The notes under the pieces: generated by a model
Database searches by the model: none
Seen by the model: only the letters and a program-made list of their open reading frames with translations
Told to the model about the DNA's origin: nothing
Translations under genes and position numbers: made by a program
In this document: positions 10,401 to 17,429 of the stretch, one piece after another
Layout: each line of letters starts with the position of its first letter
Numbering within the stretch: position 1 is the stretch's first letter
IMG/VR virus record: IMGVR_UViG_3300033070_001123
Length of the DNA: 64,000 nucleotides
DNA from: a virus
Lineage: Duplodnaviria; Heunggongvirae; Uroviricota; Caudoviricetes
Reading direction: 5' to 3' (one strand)

Positions 10401-11285
10401 AGAATCTCTAAATGAGTAAAATCTAATAGCGTAGTTTCGAGTACAATCAAGATTCCAAACTCTTAGAGATGAATCATAAGATAGAGCGCAAGAAACGTTG
10501 TAAGGGTCAAAGACTGGCTCTTCATTTTCAGCATAATCCCAAATAAGGTACAAGTTATCGCTTGAACCAGAAACAAACAAAGCCGCTGCGTAATGCAATG
10601 TAAAGCTTATGGAAGAATTTCCAGGCAAAGGGTCCAAAGCAAAATTGTACCAATTATCGTCTTTGATTTCTTCTATTGTTGTCTTGTAACTATATATTGG
10701 TATCGCGTCGCCAGGAGATATGTTATCATTGACTTCGTACATTCTAAAATGCAAAGTCAAAAACTTACTCTGATACTCTATAGAATCAGGCATTGTTTCA
10801 GAAGAACTTATAATCACAGAGTCTATATAAGACTGCTGTGTTTTAGGCTTTATAGATAGCTCAAACTTCTTGTTATCTTTGATAACAATTGTTGTAGAGA
10901 CCCAAGACCATGAGCCTGGGGTTACTGTGGCGGTATTATCAGAACTCGAAAAGCCGTCAACAAGTAGTTCATAAGAAAACTGAGAAACATCTGTTTGAGT
11001 TCTCACTCTGATAAAGACATTATACTTTCCAGCTTTCGCTGCCGTAACAGGATAAGACAAGATAGGGTAGGAAGGCGTTCCAATAGCCTGAGAAATAGCC
11101 ATAGAACCTGAACCATAAGAGCCATCCACAACAACGTCAAATACAGCCGATGGATCGCCTTGTTCAAGCCTTGAAAAATTAGAAGCGTCAAACGCAGCAA
11201 AACCGTCTTCAGGCACTAAGAAAGAGGCCGAAGAATCGGTCTTGCCAACGGTTCGAATAAAAACAGAAGCTTTGGTGAGTATCAT
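1491..11285 (-). CDS. Giant multidomain virion/adhesin protein, 3264 aa (CBM-like, split VWA, FN3-like, LamG, Kelch propeller, C-terminal Ig-like repeats)
   Basis: VVMDQSGS (D356); GLWHLNE..WSHVAVT..FYVNG..FFGKLTE (LamG); six GG-type Kelch repeats with YD..W..MxxPR; GASPLYDAL/NTDNEEN/IANQTGG; three IxWxxxG repeats; ATGA overlap with upstream gene. Confidence 0.85.
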   Translation of the reverse strand: MILTKASVFIRTVGKTDSSASFLVPEDGFAAFDASNFSRLEQGDPSAVFDVVVDGSYGSGSMAISQAIGTPSYPILSYPVTAAKAGKYNVFIRVRTQTDVSQFSYELLVDGFSSSDNTATVTPGSWSWVSTTIVIKDNKKFELSIKPKTQQSYIDSVIISSSETMPDSIEYQSKFLTLHFRMYEVNDNISPGDAIPIYSYKTTIEEIKDDNWYNFALDPLPGNSSISFTLHYAAALFVSGSSDNLYLIWDYAENEEPVFDPYNVSCALSYDSSLRVWNLDCTRNYAIRFYSFRDSINENACKLIVPASAIATKVVQKFDIDDLEPVFLQTKIVDIDSTTNKVALNLPDRLVSVVMDQSGSLSWNDSSGLRHEITRRMIDRLEATYPGEVKYNLLSLGSTPIKLNFFAVVETDQVNTNNTADVASAFFADQESGYAGVRIIRKLGAYPTGPLDGDIVTEGFVERAFDDELEENEQYYYAAYTFDSNGIFSSGRFLKASPRVKIYPHGVGGFTYRTIAGSGVKRDSNTIGLWHLNESTGTFAYDFSDSPVLLSSNEDVVWLNNNDVPSGISGIRFDGTDTKLLGYDEDGKFIKTKYTFMAWAYPFNFAAKRSIISRETISLDKMSFRFGTNTDGTLFFTFDDLTFASSSIALTANAWSHVAVTVDFLALTATFYVNGVEAGSGSLTALGYYSQEPMHIYLGGKASHFFGKLTEISVHDTIRSANYIASAAVRYERVSEKVLDNGDRIVAVRYSVPDDYNFEGGKVRIIRKAEVGTGVFSYQTPVNNNGVPAEPVLVFEGFGENPSNEEDGDLVYEANAGPGDFVVTLPFDYVHDRIYNFRIYSQNAIGNFSLDSDSPILSIKIPAFKSRDDRNKAITTPLIEPVENVQIRAGNHKTYLTWNAINNDTVEQIFVYWSDTGPPIINNDEGVSFSALLVFSGSPSQVEFVDRNLENEIVNYYAVVAADRYGNLSAPVYVSAIPLDDADEDGIPLLEVKQFRYEVVNENAISLGWDAPVKFQKEIEAWFDQRVALYAEITDEYGAPISDASRIKFSAKASVGSAQLAEDVFGEVINTTTLTPEADDCYILSSTVVGSGFIRGVFRMTPDLDTLSAINSLSAQITVSYEIPNRDNPSENVFQFESLPVTIEMRNPFAMELVNIGDNAANFGTITSSGTRKKSKRRRSAGGSTNDPLPDNQSSGSADIVKILCKQTVPLDDQEFISSGGLLFDPDKFAEFDGCWVRRSRPFMARVVVTYRGQALPDGGNCNVAVFEASDPQCDEEPSGGNPCSQTGEPGKRRPFVPTFSTRRSRSVQPPATSIPLRVGLQRLSDGTTRQVTYTDIPLRAPRTPQAVMLFTKVGFNGYYARKKLYIVFDNILRVETTIEPPESNCIDVSEQMANIYLIDPDSPNVDRPRKIPVTDQQVVRWNLRKGRNAKDRPFYSTDNVPAGPGVFSYTRGGMARRIFFGPACGVTWELYIPCPGNVIYLPELYAIKASVVYDGLSAFEERPAIIYPANFGGRGFGSRFLMDMPQYVNTLYADGYSLVRCTVYHDPNVTGGSTADCFRQCAENANRPIFVLDNGQIVEIESGDSFEILYGDNLEIVYDEDIEEYVVNEANQSEGFAQIPLAQTGGTTTFYLRINKFIGRPQPDSGSGDDNVDSGQSSNSCDCIEAPPGLAKKKGLSVIDGRTTVNFNGETRYLRGGGDLKTGIPPTTIDLKEPLDISIVDIRRSGQSVEKLLCDGVAVHEFVLEVTFKGRPVPNGTPVFLTIGGKNPEKIILQNDTVFTEKLNDSILNPDGNVRSFASFFVAPFGPESAFEAQVQAETNYDKRGDVERSMTCCVTIKYDPSQPKEEGPEDRPEGEISNVFSAALDVYDTYSNEWTVKASMNYPRGCLTTSWDFDAYGERLFAIGGLNGKSILSYNEMYDIGEDKWYVKKSMNTPRFYHMAAQDYGYVYVFGGITANGTELVISSSVERYDIVNDTWEELAPMPVFDQNTYGVALGACVVSNGKAYIIGGIRKIGTRGSIDAVNDRILVFDFETLTWSWSDQFVDEDLALYNRVSPFAFTEANQTKIHVVGGAIPGERNEETGEQPLQFVTDAFEIDLDTLEITLDDYVYRQIPSPRYRGACVSILDQHYFLGGTSDKSQILNLLDIITEGSPVYSYAEGERMPTAKTAFGCSSDNWRYVYSCGGLTSGRPAGFLQIKARVSPSSIRLDGKQSATVSIELLNDVGEHPTKEVRVLVQGILLFPNSQAGNDQTAGGDQSQQQSDNQALRDALVYPVVFSSNDFYIYDGVASTVMLPRADDILKKISEIKEKLGIQDSVAGEGGDEGNNTLVIKEGEVRNPYTIKVRITVLDEFYYGQTVIDIKDNEDSTTTNNTTDGSSGSDTPGSDTGGSGGSSGSPNNGDITEFEGCRSVEGSQAVEQSSNQNDYDPGRDSENNQTIDQSLKESDNPVFDLNPPQTPQLESPEVSYFSDIEWIPQIIVHVENGEFEDMAKGLTRLRNEIPFGASPLYDALVKNAAIMLDEDFDRYAKVIYVNTDNEENLSINTLDTAIQDVQAIDGFGKVPVVINNFSVVFPVTLSALVSRTDTDSLDTIANQTGGQSQTILDAAYIDEILNNSLGRVEGSIGWGLYECVIDLSKNSIINTVSLDYELYPNTDGSWRMATSEDGFNYSDYSDSFNPNTEISLVNVNARYIKFKVTLLSGLSSYIENEYDLIPTPGVPALTAINIKYSVPTESFIYLKPETTDFSPQQIAVAVSANKPDLSTIQVGATTSSSYNWSDYYSGAQPASDRYGKIFIPIRYNQEQDATLNEPLDNVNGFMWKARYGKWDVTSRVTILDKDGETVASDGYELYPKEGLVVFSSKQLGPFSVSIENAGNLRLGVRILNMDSYNPVEIDGVAYMYNTNVFLPPPLSQRPPTITDFRVVPSTLTIYQTISLSYKYFDINQRSEDTDQTVIRWYINGVEIEYLRNLRTWNNINDINDPIWVYALSFRPENVPAGTSYEQYAREKGESILRVGDVVYATIKASDGILFSDIVRSPSVTAIEAPPFITAITIKGKKNDGTVQDTVITTTRAFADFAYFQDGDSNTSSQIIWYVNGIEFKRGDLGVTVGGISNNEIIPGEVKNNIVGIAIGNVLEVTILPASQNIIGNPVTSAAVSVENDPPTVRNVTVSPSPTASSASALQLTYTYVDAESQQQGSTQNDQSSIRWFRALSGSSTFEEVPSLQNVRIVPAVNTASGQRWKAEVIPFDGISVGTATQSNTVEIV
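4123..4150. repeat. In-frame direct repeat with 15-bp period in a Gly/Ser/Asp/Thr linker
   Basis: GTGTCTGAGCCTG at 4123 and 4138, encoding GSDTP-GSDTG. Confidence 0.7.
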
Positions 11286-12958
11286 GTATATATGCTTATT
11301 TGTTTCTTAAAGACATTATCGTACCAATCTTTAACTTCAATCAGTACGTCACTCCAGAACGAGGTTGTCGGAGCATCCCAAGCCCCTTCCCAAACGCCAA
11401 AATTCCTAATGCCTATTGATATTGCATACTTAATAGTTTCGATCCAAACCTTTCTAAACTGTACTGTATTTGTATCGTTTGAATTGTAGGGAGAGGAAAC
11501 AGAACTCTGTACGGAACCGTCATTTCGGACGCTCCAAGCCGAGAACCAAGGACACATCGGGTTATCCAAACCTCCTGCAACAACGCCATTATAGAGTCCC
11601 CTTCTCATATGCTGCATTCTAAACCAATTCCAGTCTGAAAAATCAGCAGGATAATAGTTGGAAAAATCATAAGTCATGTAGTTTCTAAAAGTTGACAATC
11701 TTGGATCTATTGCCGAAAAACCTTGATTAAAGAAATTGTTAAGGTCTTCTGAAACATACAAAGAGAAATCAGACTGATCAAAACAATACATACTAGCAGA
11801 TTGCATCCAGTTAGTAAACGTAGGCATTGTATCAAAAATGGCGTAACCATTCATCGCTCTTAGACTTGTATTCTGAACGCCAATTCTTGTTGTTTTATGA
11901 TATTTTGTATACAGACTCTGTTGCGCATTTGAAAATATCATGTTTGGAAAATGCTGCAAAGCAGGCTCGCAAGACGCCTTCCATATGCAATAATCTCTAG
12001 AAGTATGATACAAAACAGCAGCCCTCCAAAAGCCTTCAAAAGCCTTTGGAGTTCTTACATATCCATCGGTAGCGAAATCAAGACAAGGCCAAGAACCTCC
12101 GTCTCTATGATTCGCCTGACTCCAAAACTGCTGAAAAGTTCTTTGCCCATCAACTAAAAAATCTGTATCCGACGAACGTGAATCTTGTAAAGAACAGCTT
12201 ATATATCCAATATCATTAAGACCAAACTGATCTACACAAGCAAACTGAGCATGAGTTCCTGATATTGGATAAACAGCGACTCCTGGATAAAAATCCAATC
12301 CAGTTGATTCAACATTGAAATTGCAAAAATATGGATCTTTATAACCTATATTAGCAAGGCCAAGTTTAAGTTTTGTCCAAAACTCCGTATCCCAACTACT
12401 GTTATTATCTATACCGTTCTTTGACCACATACCATAGTTCAATCCGTTCAATATGGAAGGTCTCTCTTCCGGTCTATTCATAAATAAGAAAGTATTGGGT
12501 CCGTCTGGAGTTCCATTAATATCAGGAGGAAATCCAGGCGGATATCCCCATGTAAAGTTTCTGATTGAATACTCAAAATCAGTCCTTCCGACAGACTGCA
12601 TTTGAGAATTCATATAAGGAATAACCTCTTGACAAATTTGATTAACAAAATAGTCAACATTCCTTACGGCAAGCCCTGAATCTCTCGGATTGTACCTAAT
12701 ATGAGGCATAACCCAAGGATGGCTCCACAAAGATTGATTTTGAACATCTGGTCCTTGCAAAGTTCCATTGAATACGCTTTTCTGAAAAGCTTGTTCAAAA
12801 AGGAAATATGGTTCTCTATCAAACTGAGGACGGCCAATTGGTAAGCTTAGATCAGGAACAAAATCGGGAAGTTCAGGCCAATTCCTTTTTGACTGAAAAC
12901 CAGAACCAACCCTAACTATTTGTCCTTTTCCGCTAGGTTTTCTTCCTATATATTCCAT
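11282..12958 (-). CDS. Putative glycoside-hydrolase-like (TIM-barrel) virion protein, 558 aa; original start probably 13020
   Basis: Long aromatic-rich ORF; FNVES, PALQHFPNMIFSN, PMCPW, GIRNFGVW resemble GH barrel strands; only weak AAGAG before 12958. Confidence 0.6.
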   Translation of the reverse strand: MEYIGRKPSGKGQIVRVGSGFQSKRNWPELPDFVPDLSLPIGRPQFDREPYFLFEQAFQKSVFNGTLQGPDVQNQSLWSHPWVMPHIRYNPRDSGLAVRNVDYFVNQICQEVIPYMNSQMQSVGRTDFEYSIRNFTWGYPPGFPPDINGTPDGPNTFLFMNRPEERPSILNGLNYGMWSKNGIDNNSSWDTEFWTKLKLGLANIGYKDPYFCNFNVESTGLDFYPGVAVYPISGTHAQFACVDQFGLNDIGYISCSLQDSRSSDTDFLVDGQRTFQQFWSQANHRDGGSWPCLDFATDGYVRTPKAFEGFWRAAVLYHTSRDYCIWKASCEPALQHFPNMIFSNAQQSLYTKYHKTTRIGVQNTSLRAMNGYAIFDTMPTFTNWMQSASMYCFDQSDFSLYVSEDLNNFFNQGFSAIDPRLSTFRNYMTYDFSNYYPADFSDWNWFRMQHMRRGLYNGVVAGGLDNPMCPWFSAWSVRNDGSVQSSVSSPYNSNDTNTVQFRKVWIETIKYAISIGIRNFGVWEGAWDAPTTSFWSDVLIEVKDWYDNVFKKQISIYT

Positions 12959-12969
12959 GTTTGACTCTT

Positions 12970-12993
12970 TAGTTACTCTGTAGTTACTCTGTA
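12970..12993. repeat. Perfect 11-bp tandem duplication (TAGTTACTCTG x2 + TA)
   Basis: Read directly at 12970-12980 and 12981-12991. Confidence 0.95.
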
Positions 12994-13020
12994 ATACCAG
13001 GGATCTCCGCAGCCATTCAT
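12973..13020 (-). CDS. 15-aa mini-ORF MNGCGDPWYYRVTTE, apparently the frameshifted N-terminus of the 558-aa gene
   Basis: GGGGAG RBS (13025-13030) just before ATG 13020; stop lies inside the duplicated 11-mer. Confidence 0.6.
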   Translation of the reverse strand: MNGCGDPWYYRVTTE

Positions 13021-13032
13021 TTTACTCCCCTA

Positions 13033-16000
13033 TTAGTTTATTGTTGAGCCTGTAGCAAGTTTTCTAATGAAGCTCTCGGAAGCAAGTTTGAAGTAGGCAT
13101 TTCCGAAGAGCCATATGTCTGAATTCACTATCAAAACCTTATGTATAGTTGGAAGTTTTGAAGTTGTATGAACTACAAAATCATCGGCATAAACAACGTA
13201 ACGACCGTCAGATAGTCCTATTAGCGACTTGGTAAAATCATAATCTATGTCATTAACACCAATAGCAGCAGAGTCTTCAATATCTCCAAGAATATCAAGA
13301 AGTTGCAACGAAAGGTTTCCGCTATAGAAAGAACCTCCATCTTGGAAAAGCCCCTTCGTTGTTCCGAACAGCATTTGAGAACGGTGCTTTTGAAGCTTAT
13401 TGACAATTTGATTGTTTAGAACACCAACCCTATTCCAGTTAAATCCATCAGTTGAATAATAGCTCTCTCCGCTATCAGAAACAGCCATTGCAGCGTCAGG
13501 GGAAGACATAACATTAACAGGTAAAGAAGTTGAAACAACCTTTGTCCAGGTTGACGAAGAGTTTTTCCTTGCGTAAACACCGTCTTCTGCTCCAATAACA
13601 AGGTTACTTCCAAATATGCTTACAAAACTATGCAGCTTTTTTGGCAAACCAGAAGCAGTATCCTTAGTTATCTTCTGCGTATTTACGTCAAAGAAGTACA
13701 ACTTAGATTCATCAAGGATGTAGACTGTATTTTGATACTTTCTGATATCCTTAACTAAAAGGGTTCTATCAGATTTGAAAGAAAGTCTATTTACTTCCTT
13801 TGTTACTGTACTTATTGTTAAAACTCCTCCATAACCACCAACAAAAACAGAACCAAGCTCAGGAACGCTTAGTACAGCATTAGCGCATGGAAGGGACAGA
13901 TTTCTATTACTAAGGTCTGTAAATACTTCATAATCAACGGTTGAGTTTTCCTTATCATACCAATCAGAATTACATGGAATGCAATATTTAGCTTGATATG
14001 GGGGAGCAACGGAATCTTGCAAACCTGGACTGATTCTCTCACCTGCAAGTCCACCAGATAGTATGTTAGAATGATGAACTTGGCTCAAGTGAGACGGAGC
14101 GCCAGAGTTTACCCATTCAAAGGTATCTTCTATAGTCCAGTGCGGCATTCCAATGTTTACCAAAGAAGGATTGACTATATCAAGCTCAACTCTATTGTAC
14201 TTAGCCAGAGCCTTAGGAAGTTCAATGATTCCGTCAATAGAATTTGCTACTGCAACAATTTCAAAACCTGAATAGTCTTCTGGGAACTGATCGCCAACGC
14301 CACCAGAGGGGGTATTCTTATATCTTTGAACACCAAATCCTTCTATCTGGTCTCTCTTTTCAGTTCCTCCCAAAGAAACAATACCATACTTTCCGTACTT
14401 CGCAATGAAAGAAGAACTGCCTGAAAGGTCGCCTCCAACACCAAACGATATTGGCGGCGGCGGGTCAACGTCTATGTTGTATGTAAAGTTCCTTTGTTCT
14501 ATAAACCTTGAAACAGGATACCAATTTTGCTGCATATCTCCTGTTGTTGCTACAGCATCATTATGAGTATAAACAGTTGCCCACCAAATAACTCCCTGGC
14601 ATCCGCTCATATATAATGATCTGTATGTAAAGTCCGATATATTTGGGTTTATATATCCACTTGCGCGAAGATATCCATTCCATATGAAAGGGCAAAGAGG
14701 CTTATTGGCTATTCTTGCAATATCATGAAAATTCCTAAGAGACATTAAGTAAAAGATTCTTTGCTGTATAGGATCTGCTTGCTTTCTGCCTGTTTGAGAA
14801 TAATACAAATTAGCATCGTAATTGGCTGTCCTGTCCCAAAGATACATTGCTGGTGAAATGAAGTCAAACGCCTGCATCCATTCCTTCCAGTAATAGACTT
14901 CCAAATCTCTTAGAGAATTTGTTGCGTCAGGATTCTGAGAACCAAAATCCAAGCCGTCTATAGACCATATACCACGAGTCGGAACGGCTCCAAAAAAGCC
15001 TATCTTTTGAACATTTGGCCTTAACTGCCTAATAACATCATTCAGTTCATTTATCCAAACAATCCAACGTTCAGCCCATTTCTTCTGCAAATAATCATCT
15101 TGCTGTTCAAGAGTCTTACCTGAGGACCACCCTGGCTCTGATTGATCGACCGCCCAAATCCACCAATCTCTCAAGGTTCTCGCAGCCAAACCCGAAGAAG
15201 GCGAAGAACGAATAAGAGTCGAGCTTGCATACTGGCTCATCATAATAAGACCGTTTCCAACCTGAACGGCTACTTGATTATTTGAGGTATTATAAGCTCT
15301 TAGTTCAAAGTTATGAAAAATGCTTCCAGTAAACGTAGCTGGTATATACGGAACTCCACCAGACCTACCAAAACCAGTTATATTCTGATATAGGGTTGCT
15401 TTTGCTTTATCAAGCTTATCCTGTTGAAACAACCAAAGTAAAGAATCACCAGATCCTGAAATAAAATCATTTGTAATACCAGAAACAGGAACCCAAGAAT
15501 GCTGACTTCCGCCTGGCAAAGTCCAATCATAATAAGCATCAAACTGATACAGTCCTATCATTTCCTGTATATCTGGAACATTTGAACTGTAGGTTATATG
15601 AATATCTTTTGGCAAACAAACTTTTCTACCTCCAAGTAAAGCGTCTCCAACTTGACAGATCGAAGAGCCTCCGCCGAGAGCAAATATAGAAGAATATGTT
15701 ACAAACGACTCTTTCCAACTTAGCTTGTTAGGAAGAAGACATTCTCTTCTAACAATATAGTCAATCGTTACAGGAATCGCCTGATGCACGCTTTCTATAT
15801 ACAGAACATAATCCTCATATGCTGTGTTTGTTGTTGAAGACGGTCCATAATCGGCATACCAAGAAGCGATTGGCATGTATACCCAAGGGTCCAAACCAGA
15901 AAGCAACAAATCAAGGAACCAATCTCTTCCGCCTTTAGAATAGTCTTTGGTTAAAAACTCTGACCTATCAACATATCCAGGAGCAACATAGAGATATAAT

Positions 16001-17427
16001 GAGTTTTCATTTCTTGCACCAGAAGCCATAGAAACAGACGGATAAGAAGCTCTCCATCCTTGAACATACTGTGTAACATAAGAACTTGTAATATTCTCTG
16101 GCAAACCAAGAAGAGACAATCCGCTAGCAGACCTCAAGCCGCCCTCAAAGAAGTTATCAGTTTCAAACTGATCATGAAGAACTTCGTCTTCTTGGAAATC
16201 AACTGCTGGCTCGGTAAAATCACCAAGATTAACCTTGCTCAATGTATTATCTGCGGCAAAAATAACTCTAAACTGGTTTTCTTCTTCCCATTCCTTAATT
16301 TCAGCAAGAGAGTTTCTTAGAGACTGAGGAAGATTAGTAAAGAATGCAGGATTCTCTCCTCGGTCATTATTCCCCCAACCGGCAATATTCAAAAACATGA
16401 CAGCTTGATAGCCATATGTTTTAAGCAAAGAAACATCAACCGTCGAATCAAGAAGTTCTCTCCATCCGCTTACTGTTTGAGGATTGATATATTCTTGTCC
16501 AGGCAGAGGAAGACGACCCTGCAAACTTTGCTTATCTTGCGTACTAAAAAGGTAATATCTTCTCTGATTGTCTCTTGCGGTAAAATATGCCTTCGGAGCA
16601 TTAGGCCCTGCAAGATTAATACCATATATCCTGCCACTAATTCTTGGTCCAACATTAGAATCTGAATGGTTAGCCCAGAACCAAACAAAGTAAGGCTCAT
16701 AAGATCTCAGAGCGGCAGTCCTTCTATAAGAAGCGCTGCCATTATATGAAGTGAAAGAGTTGTACTCTTCATATCTTAGCCAAACTTTCCAGGTTCTAGT
16801 TTCACCCGCCTGAAACTTATCAACAATACCTTTATCCGTATTGACATTTCCCTCTATTCGGAAATAAGCCTTAAGAGTTGAAGCGTCAAAATCTCCATAA
16901 ATCTTGAATGGATACGAATAGTTAGTCGAAACGCTTGTCATCTGGCAAGCGGCGCTTGCTAAACCTGTTTTCCAGTTTTCAATAGCCAAGCAAGGAGCAA
17001 ACCAATTAACGCCATATATAGCGTTTGGATTTCCAAACTTGTCTGTTGATGGATTCTTGACTGCCGGATAAGCAACAGCCTCAGGTCTCATGCCGTATGA
17101 ATCATGATTCATATGATTGAGAACGTGCCTATAAAAAGAGTTCGCTCCAGCGCCAACCCAATTGGGATGATACATTCCTGAATTAATGCGAACAAATGGA
17201 GCAGACTGCTGCACCTGTGTCTTGTTCTTGACTGTAATGGTTAGATTTACACCTCTTGATTCAACAAGCTCTCTATTAACAGTGACTTCCCAGGTTGCTC
17301 CATTATTTACAAGCGGAGTACCATTGGAACTATCTCTTACAATAGAAGAGTCATAATCATTTGGGTCAAACCATACGAGTTTCTGGCTATTAGGGCTACC
17401 AGCTTCTCTTGGCGAAAATAGTGACAT
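13033..17427 (-). CDS. Tail-associated polysaccharide-degrading/receptor-binding protein, 1464 aa (GH-like barrels incl. GH56/hyaluronidase-like; C-terminal beta-propeller)
   Basis: IFHNFELR..IRQLRPN..IGFFG..DFISPAMYL..PLCPFIW..GCQGVIWW; C-terminal VIGAEDGVY, YSTDGFNW (Asp-box-like), FGTTKGLF. Confidence 0.6.
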   Translation of the reverse strand: MSLFSPREAGSPNSQKLVWFDPNDYDSSIVRDSSNGTPLVNNGATWEVTVNRELVESRGVNLTITVKNKTQVQQSAPFVRINSGMYHPNWVGAGANSFYRHVLNHMNHDSYGMRPEAVAYPAVKNPSTDKFGNPNAIYGVNWFAPCLAIENWKTGLASAACQMTSVSTNYSYPFKIYGDFDASTLKAYFRIEGNVNTDKGIVDKFQAGETRTWKVWLRYEEYNSFTSYNGSASYRRTAALRSYEPYFVWFWANHSDSNVGPRISGRIYGINLAGPNAPKAYFTARDNQRRYYLFSTQDKQSLQGRLPLPGQEYINPQTVSGWRELLDSTVDVSLLKTYGYQAVMFLNIAGWGNNDRGENPAFFTNLPQSLRNSLAEIKEWEEENQFRVIFAADNTLSKVNLGDFTEPAVDFQEDEVLHDQFETDNFFEGGLRSASGLSLLGLPENITSSYVTQYVQGWRASYPSVSMASGARNENSLYLYVAPGYVDRSEFLTKDYSKGGRDWFLDLLLSGLDPWVYMPIASWYADYGPSSTTNTAYEDYVLYIESVHQAIPVTIDYIVRRECLLPNKLSWKESFVTYSSIFALGGGSSICQVGDALLGGRKVCLPKDIHITYSSNVPDIQEMIGLYQFDAYYDWTLPGGSQHSWVPVSGITNDFISGSGDSLLWLFQQDKLDKAKATLYQNITGFGRSGGVPYIPATFTGSIFHNFELRAYNTSNNQVAVQVGNGLIMMSQYASSTLIRSSPSSGLAARTLRDWWIWAVDQSEPGWSSGKTLEQQDDYLQKKWAERWIVWINELNDVIRQLRPNVQKIGFFGAVPTRGIWSIDGLDFGSQNPDATNSLRDLEVYYWKEWMQAFDFISPAMYLWDRTANYDANLYYSQTGRKQADPIQQRIFYLMSLRNFHDIARIANKPLCPFIWNGYLRASGYINPNISDFTYRSLYMSGCQGVIWWATVYTHNDAVATTGDMQQNWYPVSRFIEQRNFTYNIDVDPPPPISFGVGGDLSGSSSFIAKYGKYGIVSLGGTEKRDQIEGFGVQRYKNTPSGGVGDQFPEDYSGFEIVAVANSIDGIIELPKALAKYNRVELDIVNPSLVNIGMPHWTIEDTFEWVNSGAPSHLSQVHHSNILSGGLAGERISPGLQDSVAPPYQAKYCIPCNSDWYDKENSTVDYEVFTDLSNRNLSLPCANAVLSVPELGSVFVGGYGGVLTISTVTKEVNRLSFKSDRTLLVKDIRKYQNTVYILDESKLYFFDVNTQKITKDTASGLPKKLHSFVSIFGSNLVIGAEDGVYARKNSSSTWTKVVSTSLPVNVMSSPDAAMAVSDSGESYYSTDGFNWNRVGVLNNQIVNKLQKHRSQMLFGTTKGLFQDGGSFYSGNLSLQLLDILGDIEDSAAIGVNDIDYDFTKSLIGLSDGRYVVYADDFVVHTTSKLPTIHKVLIVNSDIWLFGNAYFKLASESFIRKLATGSTIN

Positions 17428-17429
17428 AC

